Assembly: GCA_963724765.1 (NCBI GenBank)
Contig: CAVRVY010000002.1
Location: 192,001-256,000, forward strand
Length of the DNA: 64,000 bases
Direction: 5' to 3'
From: an uncultured delta proteobacterium
GTDB taxonomy: Bacteria > Desulfobacterota > Binatia > Binatales > Binataceae
The notes under the pieces were generated by a model. That model searched no databases. It was given only the letters and a program-made list of their open reading frames with translations, and was not told the DNA's origin. Both the position numbers and the translations under genes were made by a program. Of this stretch, positions 43,763-52,430 are shown in pieces; positions within the stretch are counted from its first letter, which is position 1; every line of letters begins with the position of its first letter.

Positions 43763-44416
43763 TCAGAACGTGAAGGTCCAGGTGCCCTGGTAATTCGCCG
43801 TGCCATTGAAGACGAAGCCCGGCACCACCGCGTGCGCCAGCATCGGAGCCGGCGCCGTATGCAGCGCGACCAGCGTCCAGACCAGGGTGCCGTCGCTGGT
43901 GGTGGCGCCGAGCGCCGTCGCCCAGGTCGGCGCCGTCGAGCCGCTGGTGCCCGCCGTCGTGCAGCGCTGAATATTGCCGTTGGCGTCGACGATCAAATTG
44001 CCGGCGGTCCAGGCCGTCGACCCCGCCCAGGCCGGATTCGCCGTGCCGATCGCGGATGGCATCGCGGCGCCCGCGCCGTTGGCGAACAGGCCCACCTCCT
44101 GCACGGTCATCCCGAGCGCTCCGTAGTCGGCGGTCGCCGAGAGCGCGTAGTTGAACTGCACGCTGCCGGAGCTGGGAAAAGTATGCGCGCCCACTGCGTT
44201 GTAGTATTTCGGCGCGGCGCCCAGATCGGTGTCATTCACGGTGGGCGCGGTGCTGCTGGAGCCGAAGCCGACCGCCAGTGCGTATTGGCCGGTTGTAACC
44301 CCCGCCATCAGGCTGGCCAGCGCCGGCAGCCCCGCGTTGACGAACAGATTGCGGCACTCCCACATCAGCGCGCCGCGCCTGAAGATTCTGACTATTCCCT
44401 GTGGCCGTTTCATCAT
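43763..44416 (-). CDS. Tail collar / fibre-attachment-like protein with inserted CBM-like module
   Basis: NLFVNAG, AVGFG...AP...DTDL, EVGLF, terminal WTFTF. Confidence 0.65.
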   Translation of the reverse strand: MMKRPQGIVRIFRRGALMWECRNLFVNAGLPALASLMAGVTTGQYALAVGFGSSSTAPTVNDTDLGAAPKYYNAVGAHTFPSSGSVQFNYALSATADYGALGMTVQEVGLFANGAGAAMPSAIGTANPAWAGSTAWTAGNLIVDANGNIQRCTTAGTSGSTAPTWATALGATTSDGTLVWTLVALHTAPAPMLAHAVVPGFVFNGTANYQGTWTFTF

Positions 44417-44421
44417 TTGCT

Positions 44422-45249
44422 TTACCCATCTGCCGAAATAGGCACTCCGTTGGCGACCACCCCCGAGTCGGCTACTGCCGGTTCGTTGGCGCCGTATGTT
44501 ATCCCGATATGGTAGTAATGCCGATTGTATACCGGTGCGATCACTCGCTGGTCCGCCAGCGGCGCCAGTGGCGCAGTCAGCAGGTCACTCGGTGCGGGTG
44601 CGTTGTCGACCGCGCCGGTGAAGTCCCCCGGCGCCGGCGCCACGTCGCCCAGTGGCGCCGCCTCGAACACCAACGCGTCGAGCCAGCTTCGCGCCGGCTT
44701 GAAAAAATTTACCGCGGCGACGATCCGTGTCGCATCGTTCGCGCCCACCGTCTGTCCGGCTTCTAGACTCACCATCACGCGAAATACCGCCCAACCCTCT
44801 GAAGACGGCCATGCGCTGCCGCCCCAGCTCGCCTGTCCTTCCAGGAAGCTGACGCTGGTCCAGCCCAGCGAGCCCAGCGCCTGGCTTATCGAAGAGGGTG
44901 TGCCATGCACGCGATGCAGTGGAATGGCGGTTTGCAGCAGCGCTCGCCACGTATCGAAGTCGGTCGGCCCCGCGCTGCTCGACGACGACAACAACGTATC
45001 GACATCGGTCAGCGTGTCGATGTCGGTCAGCGCGTCGATGCTCTCGCCCGAGGTGCTCGCCGCTAGCTGCCACTGCGGATCGAGCATGTCGAATTGCCAG
45101 GCCAGGAAGGTCAGCGCTGAGTCGGGTGCCGAGTCGAGGCGGTAGACCAGCAATGGCGTGAGATCGAGCGCGTCGAGCCGTTCGATGGTTGCCAACAGCG
45201 ATTGCGAACGCAGGTCGTCTATCGACGGCGGTATTTGGAGTTGCGCCAT
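44422..45249 (-). CDS. Baseplate/tail protein I (P2 gpI-like)
   Basis: L.FLAWQF, AIPLHRVHGT, KPARSWL. Confidence 0.8.
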   Translation of the reverse strand: MAQLQIPPSIDDLRSQSLLATIERLDALDLTPLLVYRLDSAPDSALTFLAWQFDMLDPQWQLAASTSGESIDALTDIDTLTDVDTLLSSSSSAGPTDFDTWRALLQTAIPLHRVHGTPSSISQALGSLGWTSVSFLEGQASWGGSAWPSSEGWAVFRVMVSLEAGQTVGANDATRIVAAVNFFKPARSWLDALVFEAAPLGDVAPAPGDFTGAVDNAPAPSDLLTAPLAPLADQRVIAPVYNRHYYHIGITYGANEPAVADSGVVANGVPISADG

Positions 45250-45500
45250 TAATCCACCAGCAATCCCGGCGCCGCCGCCCGGTCATGCCCCCCGCGTTCG
45301 CCGTTGCCGCGCTTCTCCGGCGCGCAATACATGTGCGGTTCCGGCGCAGGTATCGGCTTGGCCGTGTCGAACCGCGCGATTAGCTCGTCGGCCTCCGCCG
45401 CGCTGCGCTTGTGGTCAGCGATGAGATGCGCGCGCACCGCGTCCGCGATGCACAACGCGCCCCGGCAAAGCGGGCAGAACTGCGTGGCCGGCGCGCCCAT
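45249..45500 (-). CDS. Small putative C2H2 zinc-finger protein
   Basis: CPLC-x12-HLIADH; start overlaps the gpJ stop (TGATG) and stop overlaps the gpI start (TAATG). Confidence 0.55.
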   Translation of the reverse strand: MGAPATQFCPLCRGALCIADAVRAHLIADHKRSAAEADELIARFDTAKPIPAPEPHMYCAPEKRGNGERGGHDRAAAPGLLVD

Positions 45501-46669
45501 CACGAATGCTCCGAGGCGATCGCCTGCGCCAGTGTGATCGCGGTGCAGTTGGCCCATTGCCCGGCGGTGAGTTGCGTATAGGACGGCTGCGTCAGCACCA
45601 CCTGGTAGACGCCGGGGACCGATAGCGCCGCCACGATTTCGCTCGGCACGATGTCGCGCTGGATGCGTGCGGCCAGGTTGAGCGCGATGTCCTGTGCGGC
45701 GGTGTTGACCGCGGCCATGGTCGAGATCGGTTCGGCGTCGGCGAACAGTGTGACCGTGCCTGTGATCTGGTAGTCGATTTCGCTCACTGCCAGTGCGCTC
45801 ACCGTGTCGGTCAACGGCCGCACGTTATCGGCCCCAAGCGCCTGCTGCACCTGCGCGAGCAGCGCGGAATTTGCCACCCCCGCGCTGTTGGGCGAAGCGG
45901 CCGGCTGCGCCGCGATTGGCCCGGTCAGGATGTAAACCTGGACCGTGCCGGGCGCGGGTGAGACCACGGCGACGTCGATAATCGAGGGATCTACGCCGAG
46001 TGCGAAGAAGCGGTACGCGCCCGTCGGACCGGCCACGCTGAACTGATTGGGCGCGGCCTGGATGCGGGTGCGCAGATGGTCGTCGGTCTCGGGCGCCGAG
46101 CCGCCGCCGGTCGTGACGGTGTTGGTCACAGAAGCGATCAGCACGTTGGGATTGAGCAGCACGCTGACCTGGCCGGGAAGATAGCCGTTGGCATTCGGGC
46201 CCGCCGTGATGCAGGTCGCCGTGGTGCTCGCGACCGTCGTCGCGGCCGGCACGATGAGATCGGCGCCAGTCGCGAAAACGAACTCGCCATCGGCGGTGCC
46301 GGCCTGCGTGCCGGCCGGGATCGTATATGCCAGCGTGAGCGCGTTTTGCAGCGTGAACTGCAGCGTCGTCACTGCACCCTGCGCGCCGAGCCGGCTCACT
46401 CCGAGCAACTGCCCCAGGTAATCGATCATCGGAAAGACCGCGAAGGCGAGCAGGTTCTGCTGTCCGGCGTATTGGATCGCGTTGCGGACCAGAGACTCAC
46501 GGTAAGCGTACAGGTTGATCAGCAGGCGCTCCACCTGCGCTGGTTGCAAAGTGCGGCCGGCGGCGGTCTGGAAGGCCGTTATCATGTCGGCCAAAATCAG
46601 GTTGGGATTAAGCCCGTCGGCGTCATTGACGAATGTCGGTGGCGGCAGATTTGATATTCCGGCTCCCAT
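45500..46669 (-). CDS. Baseplate J / gp47 family
   Basis: NLLAFA, GG...ETDD.LR.RI, SVAGP.GAY, VRPLTD.V. Confidence 0.9.
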   Translation of the reverse strand: MGAGISNLPPPTFVNDADGLNPNLILADMITAFQTAAGRTLQPAQVERLLINLYAYRESLVRNAIQYAGQQNLLAFAVFPMIDYLGQLLGVSRLGAQGAVTTLQFTLQNALTLAYTIPAGTQAGTADGEFVFATGADLIVPAATTVASTTATCITAGPNANGYLPGQVSVLLNPNVLIASVTNTVTTGGGSAPETDDHLRTRIQAAPNQFSVAGPTGAYRFFALGVDPSIIDVAVVSPAPGTVQVYILTGPIAAQPAASPNSAGVANSALLAQVQQALGADNVRPLTDTVSALAVSEIDYQITGTVTLFADAEPISTMAAVNTAAQDIALNLAARIQRDIVPSEIVAALSVPGVYQVVLTQPSYTQLTAGQWANCTAITLAQAIASEHS

Positions 46670-46746
46670 CTGGCTTCCCTTCGCGATTTGCGCGCACGAT
46701 TCGCGCGTGTCCCCAACTTACTATCCTTATTTGCTAGCTCGACCTG

Positions 46747-47190
46747 CTATGCTGGCTGGCCCGCGCTCGCCGTTGTGACCGTCGTGTTCTGCGCCGGGCT
46801 CGGCGCGGTGCCGAGGTTGAGCTGCCACGACACCGTTATCTCGACGTGCGCTCCCGGTTGCGCCGCGACATCCAACAGCGGCGTGGTCGTGACCGAGAGC
46901 AGCTTCACACGGGGCTCCCACTGAGTAATCGCTTGAGTAACTTCGCGGACCACGGCCGGCCCCGCTTCGCTAATCGGTGCATCGATATATTTCCAGAAGT
47001 CGACGCCGAAAGTTGGACGCAGCACGTCAGTGCCTTTGGGCGTGGTCAAAATGATCGCGATACACTGGTCGACATCGGCGACCCCGGTGACCACGTTGCC
47101 GATTCCCGACCCCGGCTGTCCCGGCGTATCGAGCATCAGCGACCAATCCGCCGACGTGATATCCGCAAGTGTGATTGCTCCGGCCGGCAT
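46747..47190 (-). CDS. Baseplate wedge gpW / gp25 family
   Basis: QCI.IILTTPKG....RPTFG, AI..WEPRV. Confidence 0.88.
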   Translation of the reverse strand: MPAGAITLADITSADWSLMLDTPGQPGSGIGNVVTGVADVDQCIAIILTTPKGTDVLRPTFGVDFWKYIDAPISEAGPAVVREVTQAITQWEPRVKLLSVTTTPLLDVAAQPGAHVEITVSWQLNLGTAPSPAQNTTVTTASAGQPA

Positions 47191-47264
47191 CTATGCGGCG
47201 CTCCTTCCGAAGCCCCTCCCCAAGACATAGGGACGGGGCTGCAGAATTGTCGAATCAAATGCGC

Positions 47265-47804
47265 TCATGACATCTGCTGGGTCGGCGGCGCCGAGTTTCC
47301 ACCTTGCGGGTCTGAATGGGTATGCCCGTTATAGGTGTTGATAATTCCGTCCACCGAGTCGTTATGCGCCGAGGTGATCAGGTTGATTCCGCTTGCGGCG
47401 TGGACGGTGACATTGCCGCTGTTATCGATCGCAATCGACGCGCCGTTGGCGCTGAGGTTCATTGTCGCTCCGTTGGGCAGGCTCACGGCAAGCGCATGCG
47501 CGGCGCGGTCGTACTCGACGCTCGCGCCGTCTTTGAACGAGATGTGGTATTTGTCAGCGCTCTGTACCGGCGGCGTGTCGGCGCTCGAATATATCGCTCC
47601 CATCACCGCGCCCGCCTCGTCGTGTTCATCCATCACGCATACTACCTGCTCTCCAATATCCGGTACCCAGTAACCTTTGTCGTTCTGCGTTTTTGGAAAA
47701 AGGATCGGTAGCCAGTACGAGAGCATCTGGTCGCGATCCGGAAATACGACTCGCACCCGGGCGCCCTGAAGGTCTTGCTGTTTCACCAGGCCTACGCGAA
47801 ACAT
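47265..47804 (-). CDS. Baseplate spike gpV
   Basis: ARVRV, P.IGEQV, G.V.GAIYS, F.DGA.VEYD, C-terminal HTH metal-binding motif. Confidence 0.88.
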   Translation of the reverse strand: MFRVGLVKQQDLQGARVRVVFPDRDQMLSYWLPILFPKTQNDKGYWVPDIGEQVVCVMDEHDEAGAVMGAIYSSADTPPVQSADKYHISFKDGASVEYDRAAHALAVSLPNGATMNLSANGASIAIDNSGNVTVHAASGINLITSAHNDSVDGIINTYNGHTHSDPQGGNSAPPTQQMS

Positions 47805-47869
47805 GGATGCCGCCTCCTTCACCCCAGGGTTCGAAATCTCGCGTCACGCGTTTATGGTTCGGCGCCGCG

Positions 47870-48877
47870 TTACGACACCATTCTCAGGTCGGCCTCGGTG
47901 ATGTAGCCGGTGGCGCGCGAAAGACGATGCTGCGCGCGTTCGATCAGGTAGCTTCCGTCCATCACGTCCCATCCCGACAGCGTAACCACGTTACCCGCCA
48001 CCAGCAGCGTGGTGCCGGGCGCGACGAGATGGCAGGTCACCAGGAGCCGGTTGGCCTCGTGCAGCGCGGCGCTCGCGCGTTCCATGGCCTGCTGTCCGTT
48101 CTCGCAGCGTGCAATGACCTTGCGCACGTCTCCGGTTGCCACTGCGGGATTCGCTTGCGCGGTCTGCGTGTATAGCTGCTTGCTCTGCGGATCGAAGTAA
48201 GCGGCCTGCGCCTGTTTGTAAATCCGATGGGTCTTGGCCACGAAGCTGAAACGCTCGACCGTATTGCGCTGGAGCGTCAGCACCGCCGGCTGCGCTTCCA
48301 GCAGCGGGCGCGCGTAAAACACCAGCTGAGTGCCACGGACGGTGAAGTTGTAGTCATGCTCAGTCGCGATGCGATGAAGAAATTCGAGGTCGGTCTCCTG
48401 CTTTTGCGTGATCCGCAGATAGCTTACGTCGAGCTCGTTCGGCGCCCCGATCACGGTCATCCCATGCCGCGCCGCGACCGTCGCCGCAATCTGCAGCATC
48501 GTCTGGTTCTCGTATCCAAGACTGTTACGGGTTCGAAGCGACGGCGTGATCCAGGCCGGCAGACAGCGCAGATGGAAAACGTCGGGCGGCCCTTCGAGTT
48601 CGAGGTCGTCAACCTGGAAATCGCCGCATGGTAGCAGCAGTTCGCCAGCGTAGCCAATCAGCAGGCTGACCGCGTCCCCCTGCTGAGGGAACCATGCCCC
48701 CTGCCAGCGCTTGTCGCGATCCTCCAGCTCGATTTCAAGGTCGCCGGAGCGCCCGCCAAGTTCATCGGCATAGCGGATCGAGAGCACCATATGCGATATA
48801 TCCGCGGTGATATTCACGCCACTGTATAGAAGTATCCAGTTGGGCGAGCGGACCGGGTATGCAATCGCGGCAGTCAT
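47870..48877 (-). CDS. Late control gene D / baseplate hub (gpD)
   Basis: G.FQVD, Q..ETDL.FL.R.A..., G.YLIE...H. Confidence 0.88.
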   Translation of the reverse strand: MTAAIAYPVRSPNWILLYSGVNITADISHMVLSIRYADELGGRSGDLEIELEDRDKRWQGAWFPQQGDAVSLLIGYAGELLLPCGDFQVDDLELEGPPDVFHLRCLPAWITPSLRTRNSLGYENQTMLQIAATVAARHGMTVIGAPNELDVSYLRITQKQETDLEFLHRIATEHDYNFTVRGTQLVFYARPLLEAQPAVLTLQRNTVERFSFVAKTHRIYKQAQAAYFDPQSKQLYTQTAQANPAVATGDVRKVIARCENGQQAMERASAALHEANRLLVTCHLVAPGTTLLVAGNVVTLSGWDVMDGSYLIERAQHRLSRATGYITEADLRMVS

Positions 48878-48926
48878 TATTGTGAAGCTTCCGGCGTCAT
48901 TGGGTACAGGGTCGGCATCCGCGGCC

Positions 48927-49184
48927 TCAAGACGGTGTTCCCGCCGCGGCGGCCGTCGTAGCGGCGGTCTTCCAGGGCGGCAGATCGGCAGTCAGCACGC
49001 TTTGCTGCTGGATGATCGGAATCGCCAGCGCGATCCCGGCCTCGAATACAGGCTCGATTGGCACCCCCGGGTTGGCCATGACAATGATGCTGTAGTTGGT
49101 AGGGTCGCCGTAGTATTGCCACGCCAGCAAATCCCATCGCTCGCCGGCGTACGTGAGATGCTGGATGAACTGCGGAGCGCTCAT
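48927..49184 (-). CDS. Tail protein X (LysM-like)
   Basis: GERWDLLAWQYYG......I..ANP, LPPWK. Confidence 0.85.
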   Translation of the reverse strand: MSAPQFIQHLTYAGERWDLLAWQYYGDPTNYSIIVMANPGVPIEPVFEAGIALAIPIIQQQSVLTADLPPWKTAATTAAAAGTPS

Positions 49185-49810
49185 TGCGGGGACCTAACGA
49201 TGGCGGCCGCTGGCACGTCGGTATAGGAAAGATCCGGTCCGCCGGCGCCTGCGGGCAGCGGGTTGTCGACCAGCGGCGAGACGCCAGGCTGATTGAAGGT
49301 CGGCGCGCTGTAGCTCGCGGCGGCAGCGCCGGTCCCGAGCACCGCCGCAGGGGAACTATAGCTGATAGCTACCGCCGCGATGCCCAGCGGTATGGTGACC
49401 GGGCGCGGCGGTGCGGACGGATCGAACTCGGAACCGGGCACCCATTCGCGCAGGCTGGTTCGCACCCGAATCGCGATCGGTGTGGCGTCTGCGCCGAGTT
49501 GGATATCGCTGGTGGCGACCGATTCCACCACGAAAAACCCGCGGAAGAGCCCGTTGCCAAGCACGAGTGCGCGGGCCTGATGGTCGTTGGCGGCGGCCAG
49601 CAGGGCGGTGAGTTGCGCCGCGGGGTCGGTGAACGAAATGTGGAAAAGCATCGCGAGCGTGATGTTTTCCAGTTCGGCGGCGAGCCATTGCAGGCGCGGC
49701 CGGTCCTCGACCACCCGATGCTCTGCGTAGTCGAAGCGCCGGCTGGATTCGAAGACCTCGGGCGAGCCGATCACTTGAAAGGAAATTTCACCAAGTAGTG
49801 CGAACATCAA
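49181..49810 (-). CDS. Tail protein U (P2 gpU)
   Basis: MFALLG.I.F, YAEH......PRLQ, G.G...G.FV.E, L.E. Confidence 0.85.
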   Translation of the reverse strand: MMFALLGEISFQVIGSPEVFESSRRFDYAEHRVVEDRPRLQWLAAELENITLAMLFHISFTDPAAQLTALLAAANDHQARALVLGNGLFRGFFVVESVATSDIQLGADATPIAIRVRTSLREWVPGSEFDPSAPPRPVTIPLGIAAVAISYSSPAAVLGTGAAAASYSAPTFNQPGVSPLVDNPLPAGAGGPDLSYTDVPAAAIVRSPQ

Positions 49811-49829
49811 TGCTTCCTGGAGCCAATGG

Positions 49830-51293
49830 CTATTCGTCCAAAGCCGGATTTACAAAGTCTCTGCGTTGCTGCCGGACGACCTCGCGTGCCAGCACCTGGT
49901 GTAGCTCGCGGCCGTGGCGCTCGAGGATTTCCATTACACGCCGCTTGAGCGCGGCGGCGTCGGCCGCGTTCTCGGAATGAATAACCACGTTGGGCGCATA
50001 GTTAATAACGATCGGAGTTTGCGCCACGCCCACCGCTGACAGTGGAGCAGCGATACGCGCCGTATCGTTGGTCGAAATGAGCGGCGCGGTGAATGCACCG
50101 GCGCTGGCGCCCGCGAGCATCAGCGGCGCAACGAATGCGGCTGCTGCTGCGGCTCGCCTCATCGCGCGGATCATGGGTGTCGGCCGCGTGCCGGCGGCGG
50201 CGCGCTCGGCCGCTCGCGCGCGGTTCATGCCGCGCGTGGTTGCCGCTGCCTGCGCCGTTGCCGCCGCGGCGGTAGGTAAGCGCAGCGCGTTGGTCGTACC
50301 CGCTGCGACACTAGCGATCGAATTGCCCGCGTAGCCAGCCGCGTTCCTGATTTTATCGGCCGTCCACTTCATCAAGCGGACGACGGCTTTATGCGCCGAC
50401 TCGGTCCAACGCGAGAGCAGCCGTTTGGTGACGTCCCAGTACCCGCATAGTTCATATGCGGCAACGGCGAGCGCGACGATAGCGGCCAGTATGCCTCCGA
50501 GGACGAAGTATAAAGTGCGCCTGACCGCGGCGAGCATCACACCAAAGTCGGCTGCGGTGGCGAGCCAGCGGAGTGCAAAAACGGGGCTCAGTACCAGTCT
50601 CAAGCCCTCTTGGAGAGGCTCGATGATTGCGCTCTTTATGAATTTAACCGCAGAACCAAGGACCCACAGGGCACCCAAAGCATACACGGCCCACTTCGTT
50701 GGAGTGGACACCGTTGTATTATTCTTCACGAACTCTGCCATCTCGTTGATTATCTGGGCCCCGCGTACAAGCGCTCGCTTGAGAACTGGTGCCAATGGCG
50801 CGGCGAGTTGTCGTAACAGGCGAGGCACGCTCTGTTTCACATCTGCTAGCGGGTCAATTTCTGCTTTGTCGCGGTAAATTGGGTTGCCCTGGTGCGTTTG
50901 CTGATTGCGCGGGAGAGAAATGGCAAGAGAGTGATACACGCTCGAGAAAATGCCCAAGAGTGCTTTGACATTTAAAGAGGAAGAGTCGCTCCTGGAAGAT
51001 TTGGAAGAGTTATGATGGCGACGGGTCTTTTTGGGTTTCGTTGCCTCGTTTTCGATTGAGGAATTAGGTCTGTTTGAATTGGGAATGGCTGGAGCCGTTT
51101 GCTCGCCGTTAGCAACCGTGTCCGACGCTATGCAGAGGCGAGGACCCAGTGACAAGGCACCGTGCAGGCGTGCGTTTAAGACGAGTATCTTCGTCGCGCG
51201 CGTGATATGGCCGAAGTTACTGGCTGCCTGTCCAATGGCACCAGCCCCAGCAAGCGCGCGCTGCACCCCGAAGATATTGTCGCTCAGAATCAT
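49830..51293 (-). CDS. Putative short or divergent tape measure protein
   Basis: Position between gpE and gpU; hydrophobic helices, YW; C-terminal IVINYAPNV.I typical of TMP ends; 5' half is low-GC. Confidence 0.6.
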   Translation of the reverse strand: MILSDNIFGVQRALAGAGAIGQAASNFGHITRATKILVLNARLHGALSLGPRLCIASDTVANGEQTAPAIPNSNRPNSSIENEATKPKKTRRHHNSSKSSRSDSSSLNVKALLGIFSSVYHSLAISLPRNQQTHQGNPIYRDKAEIDPLADVKQSVPRLLRQLAAPLAPVLKRALVRGAQIINEMAEFVKNNTTVSTPTKWAVYALGALWVLGSAVKFIKSAIIEPLQEGLRLVLSPVFALRWLATAADFGVMLAAVRRTLYFVLGGILAAIVALAVAAYELCGYWDVTKRLLSRWTESAHKAVVRLMKWTADKIRNAAGYAGNSIASVAAGTTNALRLPTAAAATAQAAATTRGMNRARAAERAAAGTRPTPMIRAMRRAAAAAAFVAPLMLAGASAGAFTAPLISTNDTARIAAPLSAVGVAQTPIVINYAPNVVIHSENAADAAALKRRVMEILERHGRELHQVLAREVVRQQRRDFVNPALDE

Positions 51294-51311
51294 AGGAGAT
51301 AAATGGTCAAA

Positions 51312-51491
51312 TTATGCATGGCGCTCGCTCATCGCTTTGTCGGCCGCGCGGTTGTAATCGGCGACCGCCGCCATCCAGAAGTCAATCTCATCGAACTCCA
51401 TCGCCGCTAGTTCTCCGACACCGAAGCCGAAGCGGACGAGTCCTGCGAAGCCGCCGGCGCTGGGGAGTCCGGCGCCGGCTCGGGAAAATTT
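51312..51491 (-). CDS. gpE' extension of the tail chaperone via -1 frameshift
   Basis: -1 frame after A-AAT-TTT reads SRAGAGLPSAGGFAGLVRFGFGVGELAAMEFDEIDFWMAAV...HA*. Confidence 0.7.
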   Translation of the reverse strand, partial: KFSRAGAGLPSAGGFAGLVRFGFGVGELAAMEFDEIDFWMAAVADYNRAADKAMSERHA

Positions 51492-51766
51492 GCTCCCGTC
51501 ACCTCCGCCTGCAGCACCAGCACGTCGCCCAGGTCCATGTCGACCACGTCCTCATATACGATCGACGCGCCGTCGATCTGCGCCAGCTCGGCGATCAGAG
51601 CGAAGACTACTGCGGTCGGGTCGGGATTGCCGGCGACCGCGCGCTGCGCGCGCATCAGGTCGCGGCCCTTGCCCCGGCGGATCGCGGCGATCTTGCCGGA
51701 TGGCAGCGTGATGCTGCGCAAATGCGACGCTGCTGCGGGTTGCTCGAACGATGGTGTTTCGCCCAT
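51407..51766 (-). CDS. Tail assembly chaperone (gpE-like)
   Basis: ITLPSG....RR.KG.DL..A, EDV.DMDL.D; follows the tail tube gene. Confidence 0.78.
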   Translation of the reverse strand: MGETPSFEQPAAASHLRSITLPSGKIAAIRRGKGRDLMRAQRAVAGNPDPTAVVFALIAELAQIDGASIVYEDVVDMDLGDVLVLQAEVTGANFPEPAPDSPAPAASQDSSASASVSEN

Positions 51767-51848
51767 GAGGATCGTCTCCGGTGAGCCATGGTTGATTGCT
51801 TAAGAGGCCGCTCGTGAGAAGCGATTCAAGAAGGAGCCGGCGGACGGG

Positions 51849-52370
51849 CTAGCCGCCCAGGTTGGTGCGGAAGTTTGCGAGCTGGTCGACGCCGTTGACC
51901 ACGTATATGTTTGCCATCACGTCGAACAGGAATATCTGCGTGCCGGCAATATACAGTTCGGAGTGATAGACCGAGATCAGCGACGTGGTATCCACTCCTT
52001 CGTGCAGCTTGAAGTTCATCGAGCCGGCATCTTTGAATATCCCGGTCATCAGGTAGACCAGCGGCTGTTCCTGCGTGCGTCCCTGGCTGGTGTAGGTTTC
52101 GAGGCTGCCGCGAACCTGGAAGTAGTGCGCCGTGAAGGGGCTGTTCAGCGCCGTTTCGGCCTCGGGATAAATCGACGCCCACTTGATTTTGGCCTCGAGC
52201 TTGTCGACGCCGGCCCAGAACTCCGCCGAGCCCGCCATCCCGAGCCCCTTGTGGTCGACCATCTTGTGCTTGGGTTTGGCGACCTCGATTTCCTCGGCGC
52301 GGCCGAGGAGCCCGGTGCCGTCGAGGTAAACGTTGGCGTTGGTGATTCGATTTACGGCCAGATTTGACAT
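51849..52370 (-). CDS. Major tail tube protein (P2 FII-like)
   Basis: NANVYLDG..LLG..EE, GM.G, D.LE, N...VNGVD.L...R.NLG. Confidence 0.88.
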   Translation of the reverse strand: MSNLAVNRITNANVYLDGTGLLGRAEEIEVAKPKHKMVDHKGLGMAGSAEFWAGVDKLEAKIKWASIYPEAETALNSPFTAHYFQVRGSLETYTSQGRTQEQPLVYLMTGIFKDAGSMNFKLHEGVDTTSLISVYHSELYIAGTQIFLFDVMANIYVVNGVDQLANFRTNLGG

Positions 52371-52430
52371 TGCGATGAACCTCGTCAGGCCCGGGCACGC
52401 GCGGTGCCCGGGGCCCCGATTAGTGTGACC

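Noticed and set aside
52388-52415. GC hairpin CCCGGGCAC/GTGCCCGGG between sheath and tube genes
   Set aside because: No U-tract; probably an ordinary mRNA stability hairpin.
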